A stretch of 64,000 nucleotides of DNA from Podarcis filfolensis. Lineage: Eukaryota. Location of the stretch: assembly GCA_964270895.1 (NCBI GenBank), contig OZ185437.1; one strand, given 5' to 3'. A program made the translations under genes and the position numbers. The notes beneath the pieces were generated by a model. That model ran no database searches, had not been told where the DNA came from, and saw only the letters and a program-made list of their open reading frames with translations. This document shows, in pieces, positions 1 through 11,738 of this stretch. Numbering within the stretch: the stretch's first letter is position 1; every line of letters starts with the position of its first letter.

Positions 1-171
1 GATTGGGTCCATTTCAACCATTTTTCCACATCAGTTGAAGACTAAAAAGTACTTGGGGACTTTCGAACAAGCAAATGCTATCTGCCTAATAAACCAGTGA
101 CCATGTACTCACAATACCATTGTCCATTAACCAAGAGCTCAGAACTCAGTCTGGATGTTTTCTGCTTCCAG

Positions 172-296
172 AAATCTGAAGCTGTACGAGTTACTACTTT
201 CACCGGCTGTATGGGAGAGACTTATTTAGACAGCAAACCAATAGGACTATGGAATTTCAGAGACATTGAAGGAGAGTGTAAAGGGTGTGCTGTCAG
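172..296 (+). CDS. LAMA2: LAMA2 coding exon (human exon 49 equivalent), end of LG1
   Basis: ttctgcttccag|AAATCT...GTCAG|gtaaga; 125 nt; KSEAVRVTTFTGCMGETYLDSKPIGLWNFRDIEGECKGCAV matches the laminin alpha-2 LG1 end. Confidence 0.97.
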
Positions 297-1222
297 GTAA
301 GATTTTGCTGTATATTGTCAGTGTTATTGCTATTGATGTGCAGGTTACCTGAACCAAAAAAAAGTCATAATTCTGTTAAATACCAAGTTGCCTAAATAAA
401 TTCTCCCCTGTGTTTTCATGTTTCTCTTCAACAGTTTCAGTATAACAAATGCCAATTACTAGACAGAAATGAATAACCACATATGCTTCATAGATACAAA
501 TCTGTGCTTATCAACTATAAATGAGGCATGGATGTCGGAAGCTAAAGATATATCTTTTAAAAAGTTAAACCTATTAAGGTTCTCTAAATATCACCTCTAA
601 ATATATTACAGCTGGTTCATATGGCCATTTTCATATAGGAAATGACATTTTGAAGCCACCCTAATTTGATTTTTTGGCATAGGAACCAAGCTCATGAAAG
701 TCTGCTCATGCATATCCAATCCATGTCTGATTGACTGGTCAACATGCTAAACAAGATAATTGTAGAGTTTGCATACAACACAGGACTAATTCCTTCCTCT
801 TCTTTTCTTCTTCATAAAGTATTGATTTGAAAACACATAGTGGGGATTGGGAACCTCCGGCGTGTGGGCCAGATTTGACCCAGCACAGGTCCAATTTGGC
901 CTGTGGGATTCTTTCCCCCAAGCAATGCCCACCTGTCCTACATATGTGATGTCTGCTGTGGAACAGGCTGAGACCCAGCTTGATCAGCTGCGCAACTGAG
1001 TTCCACACAGGGAACTTAAATGTGCAGCTAATCTCTACAGAATGCCGGGGTGATTTCACTGCTCTTTACTTGCAGCAGCTGCACAAAACATTTCAGCTTT
1101 GAGAAGGTTTGTCTATGTGAAATAGTTGCCAGCCCCTGATAATGCTTTTTCATGGTTGCTTCTATGTAAAGCAGTTCTGGAAGTTCTGATTTAGATTTTG
1201 AAAATTTCCCTTTCCTCCTCAG

Positions 1223-1385
1223 CCCACAGGTGGCAGATGGTGAAGGAACTGTTCAGTTTGATGGAGAAGGTTATGCTTTGGTGAGCCGTCCAATAAGATG
1301 GAACCCAAATATCTCCATGGTCATGTTCAAGTTCAAGACATTTTCTTCCACTGCTCTTCTGATGTACCTTGCTACAATAGACTTG
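1223..1385 (+). CDS. LAMA2: LAMA2 coding exon (exon 50 equivalent), start of LG2
   Basis: ttcctcctcag|CCCACAG...GACTTG|gtaaag; 163 nt; PQVADGEGTVQFDGEGYALVSRPIRWNPNISMVMFKFKTFSSTALLMYLATIDL; phase continuous with the previous exon. Confidence 0.97.
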
Positions 1386-1912
1386 GTAAAGCTTGCCTAA
1401 ATGTTTCTTGGCTTCTTTCATTAACATTATGAATTACACAGTTCCTTATAAAGAGATTAACATGCATGCTTTTACACTCATGATGAATGTCACTTAAGTG
1501 AAGACACTGGGTTTAATGACTTCTGTGAGGCCATTTATAGTCAATCTGTGTGATTTGCAAGAACTTAACCGAGCAGCTTGTATAATGCTTTGCACAGAGC
1601 TCTGTGCAGATCATTACAATGATTATTCTTACAATTTATAATTTGTAAAAAAAAAAAAAAAAAGTTGTATGGCAAAAGACTCCTCAATAATGGCTATTGG
1701 GTTTTACCTGTTATCTGTTAGAGTTAGGCATAACATGGTATCAAAAACATTTCACCAGAATGCTTTTGCTTTTGTTAACAATTACTTTTGTATCTGGTTT
1801 TTTGTTAGCTTCCTTGGGTGTAAAGGAAAGGAAAGTGGGACATACATTTTTAAGTAGACATCCTTCTCCATGTGTGGGTACAATGTCTGCAAACTAATAG
1901 ATTTGCATAGGG

Positions 1913-2049
1913 CAGGATGGGGAAACCCGTGGTCCTCCAGATGTTGCTAGACTACAACTCCAATCAACCCTGTCCATTGGACATGCTGGCAGTGGTTGAT
2001 GGACGTTAGAGTTCAACAACATCTGGAGGGCCACAGGTTCCCAGGCTTG
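1913..2049. mobile_element. Degenerate hAT-type MITE (gactacaactcc family)
   Basis: ggaaacc-gtggtcctccagatgtt...aacatctggagggccacaggttcc inverted arms. Confidence 0.65.
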
Positions 2050-2243
2050 GTAGATCCTTATTCCTTACCTATTACCATGCACAGACATTACAAGAACATT
2101 ACAGAGATTGGGAGGTCAGTGTACACTTCCAGTGCCTCAACTACTTCTCCTTCTCTGCACTGTGGAAGCTACTTGAGATCTCAATCTCAAGTAAATGGTA
2201 TAAATGTTCTCATCTTCTGGGTGTATGTAGACATATCTAACAT

Positions 2244-2381
2244 CAGAGTTAGAGAACCTGTGACCCTCCAGGTGTTGCTGGACTTCAATTTACCATCAAC
2301 CCTGTTCACTGCTTGTGCTGGCTGGACGGATGAGAACTGGAGTCCAACAATGTCTGGGGAGACATGGATTTCTCACCTCTG
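2244..2381. mobile_element. Degenerate hAT-type MITE
   Basis: cagag...gaacctgtgaccctccaggtgttg / caacaatgtctgg...ctctg inverted arms, diverged. Confidence 0.55.
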
Positions 2382-2550
2382 ACTTAAACCCATGCCTGGG
2401 CTGCCTAATTAATATGTCTGTATAGAACAGATCATGCGTAGAAATGCATAGCCAGTGCACCTGCATCCTCATTTGAAATAATCAGCCCTTGCACATGAGT
2501 TGCTTTGTGCACCAATATAATTTTTTGGAGTGGTAGGATTAGCTCAAAAC

Positions 2551-2686
2551 CAGGCATCCCCAAACTCAGCCCTCCAGCTGTTTTGGGACCACAACTCCCA
2601 ACATCCCTAGCTAGCAGGACCAGTGGTCAGGGATGACGGGAATTGTAGTCCCAAAACAGCTGGAGGGCCGAGTTTGGGGATGCCTG
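2551..2686. mobile_element. hAT-type MITE (nearly fully palindromic) with a perfect 8-bp TSD
   Basis: TIR caggcatccccaaactc...gagtttggggatgcctg; TSD ctcaaaac at 2543-2550 and 2687-2694. Confidence 0.9.
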
Positions 2687-3774
2687 CTCAAAACAAAGGC
2701 CCATTCTAGTCAACTGGAACTTACTGCTGGAACAAGACTACAAGCTGCACTCCGACAGAGTTTCACTTGGCATTGCTGCTGTCAACAGAACTGTGAAACT
2801 CCTTCAGAATCACTGCCGATCAGACATTAGTACAGAGAGGGGTGGCTAGATATTAGATATATGAAGTCTACACAGACCTCCCAGTTCCCATAGAGAACTG
2901 TAACATGTTCTCAGGTGATAAAGGAAATAGTCCCATAGGGATCTATCCATTAGGTGATAATCTAATTATAGGGATTTTAACTGCAAACTAACTTGTCATT
3001 GTCCTAGTTCTTCCCTTAGAAATGGAACCAGCTGCAATAAACAGATGGCAAGAAGTTCTGTATAGATTATACTGCATGTCTGAAATGTGTCAGTTATTGG
3101 CAAATATAATGAGAACTTTGACAGTTCTAGAGATATTTGTGAATGTCTGAAACTCCAATATGCACTGGCAAATGCAGTCAGTCACTTAAAGTGTGATCAC
3201 TAGCATTTACTTGTTATGGGGTTGTCAGAATATTGATATTTACCAAATGTGGACATTACCAGCAACACATATGCAGAGGGTGGTAGTGTTTGCAAAAACA
3301 GGCAAGCAGCCCATGGAATGCGGTGGCAGTGATACAAAGAGACACCTAAGTTAACCAAGCATGTATGAAGGCACACTGGTCTTTTTCAGCTTTTTTCTTT
3401 CTTTCTGCCACAAAATCCTGTAAGAAGAATATTAATTTGGAGACTTGAGTCGGAGGTTATTTATTATTTTTCAGATCATTTTTTAATGTTATCAAGATCT
3501 GTGTTGCAGTGATGAATGCAAGCGACTCCACCTTGCCGTTCACAATAATTTACTGCCTGGTTGGAAATTAAAGAGCAACATATTTCCACTTTATTCATTT
3601 ACCTTCTTAGGAACTGAGGCGGCAACAAATTAACTTCACCTATGATGCCTTCTTTGAACTAAACCTCTATTAAGAAATGGCAGAAAAATAATCTTAGATA
3701 TTGTTGGGAAGGGGGGCTAGTCACTATTTGAGATTACTTTCATCAGAAAATCAGCTGTCTTTCAAAATCTCACA

Positions 3775-3864
3775 GTGCAATCATCAGCCTACATGTTTAC
3801 TCAGAAGTAAGTCTCATTGAGGTCAGTGGGGCTTACTTTCAAAAAACTGGGCATAGGACTGCAT
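3775..3864. repeat. Palindromic squamate interspersed repeat of about 90 bp (gcaatcct...aggattgc family)
   Basis: gtgcaatc...tttactcagaagtaagtc...ggcttact...cataggactgc; related copies near 29098-29195, 30672-30850, 31124-31205 and 59255-59330. Confidence 0.6.
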
Positions 3865-3898
3865 CCTAAATAAAGTTTCTAATGCTTCTCATTAACAG

Positions 3899-4043
3899 AA
3901 AGATTTCATGAGCATAGAGCTCAGTGATGGGCGTATTAAAGTCAGTTATGATCTCGGTTCAGGAACAGCTTCTGTTGTTGGCAACCAGAACCACAATGAC
4001 GGGAAATGGAAATCATTCACCTTGTCAAGAATTCTAAAACAAG
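3899..4043 (+). CDS. LAMA2: LAMA2 coding exon (exon 51 equivalent), LG2
   Basis: cattaacag|AAAGAT...CAAG|gtgagt; 145 nt; KDFMSIELSDGRIKVSYDLGSGTASVVGNQNHNDGKWKSFTLSRILKQ. Confidence 0.97.
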
Positions 4044-5457
4044 GTGAGTTCCTGCAGTGATAACATCATAAATGTCCTAATTATCTTATCCAGCACAGCT
4101 AACTATCTAATCATGGAGAAGATGATGCACAAAATTGCTGGGTTTAGAAAGTTGTAAAAGAAAGTGATTTAGCAACTTCTTTTGCTTAAATTACAGATGG
4201 CTCAGGTTAGCTGTGACTGATTGCAGTGTCAAACAGGTCTCTTATGATTTTCTTTTGAAAATGGTAGCTTAATTTTTCAGGCATAATTCTGCCTTACAGC
4301 TACCTAAATTACACTCTAAAATGCATCTGAGTGAAAAATGTTTTTTTCATGCAGTGCCCTGATGTTGTTCAGAGTTCATAAAACAAACCTACACTATTTT
4401 TGTTAGAATGTAAATTGGGTTTTGTACTTCATGGTGCCTTTCATAACTTAAATCTATCAAACTGCTTTCAAAATGTGGAGAGTTAAAATACTGATGGCAC
4501 AGTATATCTGTCTACGATACACAATGGGCCCTTTTTGCACATTGTCACAGCCCTTTGTACTGCAAGGAGAAAAAGACTCCCCATAAATGACAGGCAACTT
4601 TAATTTACATGACTGCTAACATTGCTGCCGAATTCAACTTAAAATAAAAATGCAGTGAGAATATTTCCAAAGGCAAAATATCTATAGGATGTCTAATCAA
4701 GCCTATAAGAATGTCATACATCTCTGTTTGAAATAAGAAAGCTGAGCTGAAACAATCTTTGGCTCCAGTTGATTCATGCTGTCTTGCTGAACCCTGAAAT
4801 CCAGAAACTTCTCTGTGTATGTTCACCAAGGTAGACTTTTGCAGTTTTGTCCCTGCCAAAATAAATACTCTGCAGTCGTGGAAGGGTCACAACCCGTTTA
4901 AGCAAAGTGACTAGAATAAAATCCTGATCACATTGGTGGTATTACATATTTTATTGCTCTTTTGGTTTTGATGGATATTCTAGTTTGTACATTCTCAAAA
5001 ATATTTTCTCAATCAGTCAACATGATAAAATAGGGATAATTAAGCTTGGGGCTATAGCTGAGGGTACAGGGGGGAATCTCTCCCAATGAACTGTCTGTTT
5101 TAATAATTCTGAACTTTTTGGGGGGTCTGACACATCCATTCCCCCCCCTTTGCATTTTTAATTTCCATGCTTGCTTTTTTGTTGTTCTTTTTCAACTGTG
5201 TTCTGCTTTTTCACCCTTAGTGGTTTCTCTTTTCTTCCTCCTAGCAAGCAGTTATGTGCCATTCAGCTAGAAAAGGCTATTCAAAAACCAATCACTGTTA
5301 TAATCAGAATGTACCTGGTCATACTTTTCCCTCTCTTAATTGAAAAGAGGGTATGGACAAGTGTGTTTGCTCAAGAAAGGAAGAAGTAGTTATAAACATT
5401 TGAAAATTCTTCTGTAGCTCAAAGCCCTATTTAATTTTTCTTCTTATATTTTCTCAG

Positions 5458-5599
5458 CTAATGTATCAATTGTAGACATAGACTCCAACCAGGAAGAGAT
5501 CATCACAACAATTGCTACAGGGAAGCACTTTGGCCTCAACTTGAAAGCCGACGAGCCCATCTATTTTGGTGGATTGCCAACACTGAGACGAAACCTAAG
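5458..5599 (+). CDS. LAMA2: LAMA2 coding exon (exon 52 equivalent), LG2
   Basis: ttttctcag|CTAATG...CTAAG|gtaatg; 142 nt; ANVSIVDIDSNQEEIITTIATGKHFGLNLKADEPIYFGGLPTLRRNL. Confidence 0.96.
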
Positions 5600-7038
5600 G
5601 TAATGGCACTTAGCACATAGTCAACTAAAGGAATTCAGGAACAGCAATTGTTCTCTAAACCTTTTCTTAAGGATTCATGAAAGGATTGCACACCAAAAGG
5701 ATACTTATGCCACATACCCTATTCTGAAACAATACACGAACCAAAACACAGCCAACCACTGAAATTCACACTTACCTGAATTTTGCAGGGGGCTTCTCCA
5801 GCCAACTAATGCATACAAAAATGCTTATACCTAGGACAAAATGTGCATACAGGTGCATATATTACTGAAAATAACATACGAAAATGCATTATATGGGGAC
5901 TGGTGGAGAAACAGCTGGTAGGAAAAAATTGTAGTGTGTCTGCTCCCGCCCATAACTTCTCTGCTCCAGGCCCTATCATTCCAGGCTCAATTTGCACAGA
6001 TGAAGCAGTAGCCAAGTTTAAAGAAATGTGGTTGAGGCACGACATGTAGCTCCATCCCCACTGCCCTAGTATCTGTTTTCATTTTCTGTTTAATCGCATA
6101 TGAACTCAAGACAGAATTTCTTGCTCAGCTTAAAATCTTCCTGTAAATTTTATTATGCATAAAGTATTTTCCATATGCTTTCCTGTCTTCGTTAATGCTA
6201 AATGAGTTGATGAGGTGCTGGAGTGTAATCGGTGTTTTCTGTTTTGAAACAAACTCTGGAACCTTTATCAAAGTTTACAGAAACATTTTTGCAATGGAAA
6301 AAATATCTCTGGTACAAAGTGCCGATACTGTGCAACACAGGTAAACCCATTCACCTATATCAGTTCAGTTTCCATGAAAGAATAACAATGATGAAGTCAT
6401 TGCATAGGCAGAGAGATCTAGATAGGCTACTGGGCTGCTACAGAGCCAAACAGCCACTATTGCACTGTTATTGTTGTTTTAAAATTTGCTTGTTAGCTGT
6501 TCAGGTCACAGGTCATTTTTAAGAAATCAGGAATTGAGCTGGAGCTCAACATAAATGACCTTATTTTGTGTGTCATGTAGAAACCCTAACATAAGAGCTG
6601 TGTCACATAAATTACAGCTGTGTCACCAAAGTATCCAGTGGCCATCCAGACATGTCTGGAAACTCACAAGTAGGACAAGGAAGTTCCATTTGGCTATTGT
6701 GGTTAATGTCCTTTGAGAGACCCGTTTTCCACAAATGCTTTTTTAAAAGCTATCTAAGCTACCAGCCTCCACCACATAATGTGCAACTGAATTCCATAAG
6801 TTACTTGTGCATTGTGTGAAGAACTTTTATCAGCCCTGAACACTCTACCAATCAGTTTTGTTGGGTGGCCCTGAGTTCTAGTATTATGAGAAGAAAATTT
6901 CCCTCAAGCCACTCTTTCTCCATCATTTTACATACCTGTGTTATGTCCCAGTTATTCCTCTTCTTTCCGAAACTCCCAAATGTTTCAGCTTTTCCTTATA
7001 GGAAAGGTGATCCAGCCCTTTGATCAAGAAGAATGATA

Positions 7039-7269
7039 CAGTGGTACCTCTGGTTACGAGCTAAATTCATTCCAGAGGTCCATTCTTAACCTGAAACCAT
7101 TCTTAACCTGAGGTACCACTTTAGCTAATGGGGCCTCCCGCTGCTGGCGCGTGATTTCTGTTCTCATCCTGAGGTAAAGTTCTTAACCTGAGGTCCTACT
7201 TCCGGGTTAGCGGAGTCTGTAACCTGAAGTGTTTGTAACCTGAGGTGTTTTTAACCCAAGGTACCACTG
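7039..7269. mobile_element. pogo/Tigger-like MITE (Tc1/mariner superfamily), TA TSD
   Basis: TA|cagtggtacct...aggtaccactg|TA; repeated taacctga subterminal motifs; internal TIR-like copy at 7110-7120. Confidence 0.88.
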
Positions 7270-7984
7270 TATTGAAGGAGGGTGCAACTTAAAGATGATG
7301 GAAGATTTTCCATGGACCTCCCCAACTAGCTATCTCCTTCGATCCAGAAGGACCCAGCGATTGCTGGCAATGTTTGCTCTCTCCCAAAGGATCCTAGGGT
7401 GCAGTGGCCTCACACAAGTGATGGTCAAAACTGCCAGTTGATATTGCAGGCCTGAAAAGTGGGAGAGCCCATCAGCTACTGCTGGATTTGCAACAAGCCG
7501 TTCTTAATGCCTTACCCTCAGTGAGGGATCTTGTCTGTGCCCTGACCTCTTCCCTTCACCAGCAGGTCTAGGTGTCTTCCCCCTCTATAGAGAAGGTAGT
7601 CCAGGAATTAGGGGGTGGGCTTAAGGTTGGCGGAAGCTCCTCCAGCCTAACATACTTGACTTTCTTGGTTAGAACTTCTGCTATTTACAGACATCGTGTG
7701 GGGCTGCAGAGAAAGGTGGTGGTCAGTTGGCTAATTTTTTAAACATTCTGAGGATTTCTGGGTCAGTTGCTTCCCAGCATGCAAGTCTTACGGAAGGGCA
7801 GTGGGTGGTTTGTTAAAAGCCATGGGTGTATATTTTAAAGAAAGTGGCCTGAATCTTAAGCAGACTGAACAGTCTGTATCATTATAAGAATTTGGTTTGT
7901 TATAAATGTTATAATTGCAAATAATAAACAAAATTGTATTTTTTTTCCTTCCTCTCTCTCTTTCTCTGTTCATTTTTATCCTAG

Positions 7985-7996
7985 TATGAAATCCAG
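7985..7996 (+). CDS. LAMA2: LAMA2 12-nt micro-exon (exon 53 equivalent) encoding (S)MKS(R) in LG2
   Basis: Long polypyrimidine tract ...catttttatcctag|TATGAAATCCAG|gtaaaa. In frame between the phase-2 flanking exons, giving LSMKSRPEV (human LSMKARPEV, recalled). Confidence 0.9.
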
Positions 7997-9584
7997 GTAA
8001 AAAAAAAAACCGTCAAATTTCAAGCAATATTGCATGCCTCGCGCTCTGCATGGGTTAAGCGCAGCTTGCAACAGGTGGCGAAGCAAAAAGCAATTTGTGT
8101 CTGTATCTGTTCCAGCTGTTGCTCTGGGGCTGTTCATTTGGCAATGGATCCTGCTGCAGCAAATCAAGCTGCTCCTCAGTGCTTAACACAGCCTTGCCGC
8201 ATGCTGCGCACACACTTGCAGCAACAAACACTTAGCCTAGCATCTTCACACAGCTGTTTATATCTTGCTGTGTTGGGTTTTCTTTTCCTTTTTTTTCCTT
8301 TTAAAAATTAATTATATCAGAAGTACAAGCTGTATTTTTTTAAAAAAATAAAAAGCAGTTAAGAGTTTCTGTTCAGCGCAGAGCAAATTAGTGATCGAAC
8401 ACGTGCAGAAATCTGTGAGAATGGAGTGTCAATCACAAGAGATTGTTTATTTTCTCAGCAAACTGCAGGGAGGGACACTTGACTCTCCAACCTCTCCGTG
8501 CAATGCAGGCTCTTTCTGGCATATATGTTTTCTGTATATGTTCAGGAACATAAGAATTGTCTTATTGGATCAAGTCTCTGTAGGCCAGCAATCTGCCAGC
8601 AAAATAATCTCTACCATAAGCAGAGTGCAAGGGTGATAGCCTTTGGCTTGCCCCAGAAAACTAATATTCATAGGTGCACTGCCATTGTACTTGGATACCC
8701 CCACATAGCTATCCTAACTAAAGCCTGAACCCAAAGTCTTCCCAAAGGTGATGAAAGGGGGACAGAACTTCTGTAACTTTCTGAGGGGCGTGCAACAGTC
8801 TCCACGATTTTAGATGTGGGGTATTTTTATTTACATTTTACAAGGTGGTAACGGCTTTCTTTCTTTTTCCTCTTCATCTCCCTCTTAAGAAGAAAGCCAA
8901 CCCACACCAGCCCCCAAGGCAAGTGATGTTTTAGTGAGGAAATCTTGGCAGACAGGCTGCCTTTTCTATACAAATATGGGCCAGACTGCCTCATGGCAAC
9001 AGTATTCTGTGACCATGTAATCTTGGCTTGGCTTACTTCTTAAAAGGACAAAAGAAAGCAAAATGAAAGTTTACCAGCTTGTATATATGCAAGTAAAAGA
9101 AAAAAGAAAAAAAAAACCTTAAAGAAAACACAACTGAAACTTTAACCATCCATTCCCCAAACATTTAGCACCATCTCCCAGTACCACCAAAATTTGATTG
9201 GGACATACATTCATTTTGGGTTAGTCTCTCTTGATGAGCCTGGAAACCCTGCTTATCTTCCGCTGAATTATAAAAAGCAAACCTCAGCCTCCATATTTTG
9301 CGCACTGTCTAGACAACTACAATTATTTCCTCAGGTGCATCTAATAAAGAGGGATCCCACAGATGGGTTCATGCAATGTTAAAATTTGAATTTAAGTTAA
9401 AGCATATCATAGCTCTTATACAGAAGTAAATTATATCCTTTTGGAGATATTTTTGGCAGCCCCGGAATTAAAGTCTGTGTACCTGAAGGTTGCCCAGTGA
9501 GGTAGAGTCTCACACTGCTGTTGTTATGTAAAACTGCATTCAAGTGGTGTTGGGAAAATTAGATGGTTCTTGAGGCTCAAAGAA

Positions 9585-9640
<56 letters not shown>
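9585..9640. repeat. Compound (TG)n(GA)n microsatellite
   Basis: Direct reading. Confidence 0.98.
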
Positions 9641-9644
<4 letters not shown>

Positions 9645-10762
9645 CATGTGAAAGAAGATGCAGATAAATCTTTTCCATAACTTTCTCTTGAAACAAATAT
9701 CTTGGTGAGGGTCATTTTTAGCTGGGAAATGTCAGGAGCGTTGAAAGGTTTAAGTACCCTTTTTCAGCACATCTGTGTGCTCAGACACAACCCTCCCCAG
9801 CCTGCTATAGCATAAGAAAAACTGAGGTGGGAGAGAGAGTCTTAGAACTTTGATTAACATGTAGTTTGAGCCTCAGTGGCTATGAAACTCTGGCAAGATT
9901 TGCTTGGTGAGACAGATGGAATTACAGGTTGTTAGGCTGCAGAAAAGCTCTGCTACTGTGGATCAGTGCGTGAAGAAAATGTAGGAGATGAAACATAGAA
10001 AAATGTTCAAAGTTGGAAAGAAATTGTGTTTGCCTTTCTCAGAACTTTCTGAAGCTCTATTGGTGCCCACAGGGAGACTTTAGAACCTTCAACTAGCAGT
10101 AACATAGAATTGAGATTTTCTTTTGTTTCTTTTTTTGGTATGAACTCTAAAGTACTTGCAGCTTTTGAAATAGACATGCTATGCTTTGCTGAGATGGCTA
10201 CAAAATGCAAAAATAAAAAATAAAAATGCCACAGCAGAAAAAAGCTATTGGGGGACATCCAAGTTGTTGATATTCTATATTATAATGTTGTTTTTAAATT
10301 AAGATCGTAGATATATTTTTGTGCATGTGCATATATGCACATACATATATGGGTATATGAACTGGGCTTTCTAATTCTATGAACTGTGAATTGTTTTTTA
10401 CCTTATTTAATACTAATGTTTTGTATTATTTTCATGCGAGTATTTTACTTGTCTGATCTGGTCAATTGGCCAGATTGTATCCACATCTCAAGAGGCCCAG
10501 TCTTTCTTTCCATCAACCGTTAACATGGATCAGAGGGTTAACTGCAGTTGCTGCTGCTTCAGGAAGGCTGCTGTTTCAGGAAAAATCAACATTTATGAAG
10601 CAGCTTTTCCAAGCCAGAGGAGTGATGCGTGAATATGATAAACATTCAAACAAAACTGCTCCTGGTTTGGTGCTCAGTATAAAGGCTTCTGAGAGATACT
10701 AACACTATCCTTCTGCTGCCCTTCTGGCAGATCACAAAACTCAGGCTGTGGGTATTCAAGTG

Positions 10763-10838
10763 ATAGAATCATAGAATTGTAGAGTTGGAGGGGGGACCAA
10801 AAAGGGTCATCTAGTCCAACCCTCTGCAAAGCAGAAAT
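10763..10838 (-). mobile_element. CR1 LINE 3' end fragment
   Basis: atagaatcatagaattgtagagttggaggg...tcatctagtccaaccc, the reverse complement of a CR1 terminus. Confidence 0.75.
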
Positions 10839-11322
10839 CATCTCATCAACCATGACTGTGCTGGTGAAAATAAGTTGTGCTCCAGCACCATTTTCTGGGA
10901 CAAAAGTCCCTCGCCTCTGCTATATTCCTGAACATAGGAGAAACTTTGAATTCACAGTAGGTTGCTAACATTTTTGTGATGTGAGCACAACTAAATAATT
11001 GGGCACGTGGCTCATATGTTACTTCTTCCACATGTCTAAAGAAAATACTTCATGTAAATAGGCAAACTGTCAAAAAGTTTTCTAACCTTTATCTTTCTAC
11101 ACTTCCTGGAGAATAACCTATTATTTTGTCATCCTGCTACATTTTACACAGAGATAACAGTGACATTAAATGCAGAAGTAGGGAAAAGGTCTGTATCTTT
11201 GGTAAATGATGAGAAGCAGAATTTATGTAAAAGGCTGAAATCCAGGGGCAGTTAGTCATTGATAACTTTATTCTTCTGGTAGAATGTTTAGCATTTTAAT
11301 ATTCTGGACTGTGCTATCATCA

Positions 11323-11370
<48 letters not shown>
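11323..11370. repeat. (ATT)16 microsatellite
   Basis: Direct reading. Confidence 0.98.
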
Positions 11371-11371
<1 letters not shown>

Positions 11372-11521
11372 CCATTGAAATCTGTAGGTTTTGTGATCTA
11401 CGTGACTAACATCCTCTGGATTGTGGTCAGAATGTTTAAAACAGTAATATGGAAAACTGTTTTAGCCCTTTTGTGACTGTTTTTACTCATGACTAAACCT
11501 GCTTTGACCTTATTTTTGCAG

Positions 11522-11642
11522 GCCTGAAGTAAACACAAAGAAATACTCAGGCTGCATCAAGGATATTGAAATTTCTCGGACGCCATACAATCTTCTGAGC
11601 AGTCCTGACTTTGTGGGCATTACCAAAGGCTGTACACTGGAG
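11522..11642 (+). CDS. LAMA2: LAMA2 coding exon (exon 54 equivalent), end of LG2
   Basis: tttttgcag|GCCTGAA...CTGGAG|gttagt; 121 nt; PEVNTKKYSGCIKDIEISRTPYNLLSSPDFVGITKGCTLE. Confidence 0.97.
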
Positions 11643-11738
11643 GTTAGTTTGCTTTCCATGTTTCCTTCAATGATCTTAAAATGATTGCTCCATGTTTTAT
11701 CAACAAGCAGCTCTGGCAAGGAAATTCCTGAGGATGAA

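Noticed and set aside
7985-7996. Homology of the MKSR insert to the agrin y-site (KSRK) exon
   Set aside because: As recalled, the agrin insert lies before the YVGG strand, whereas this one lies after GGLP. This is an analogy only, not a homologous splice site.
8030-8311. 93-aa ORF with a hydrophobic C-terminus downstream of the micro-exon
   Set aside because: No recognisable homology and no splice context; the composition is better explained by splicing-regulatory motifs.
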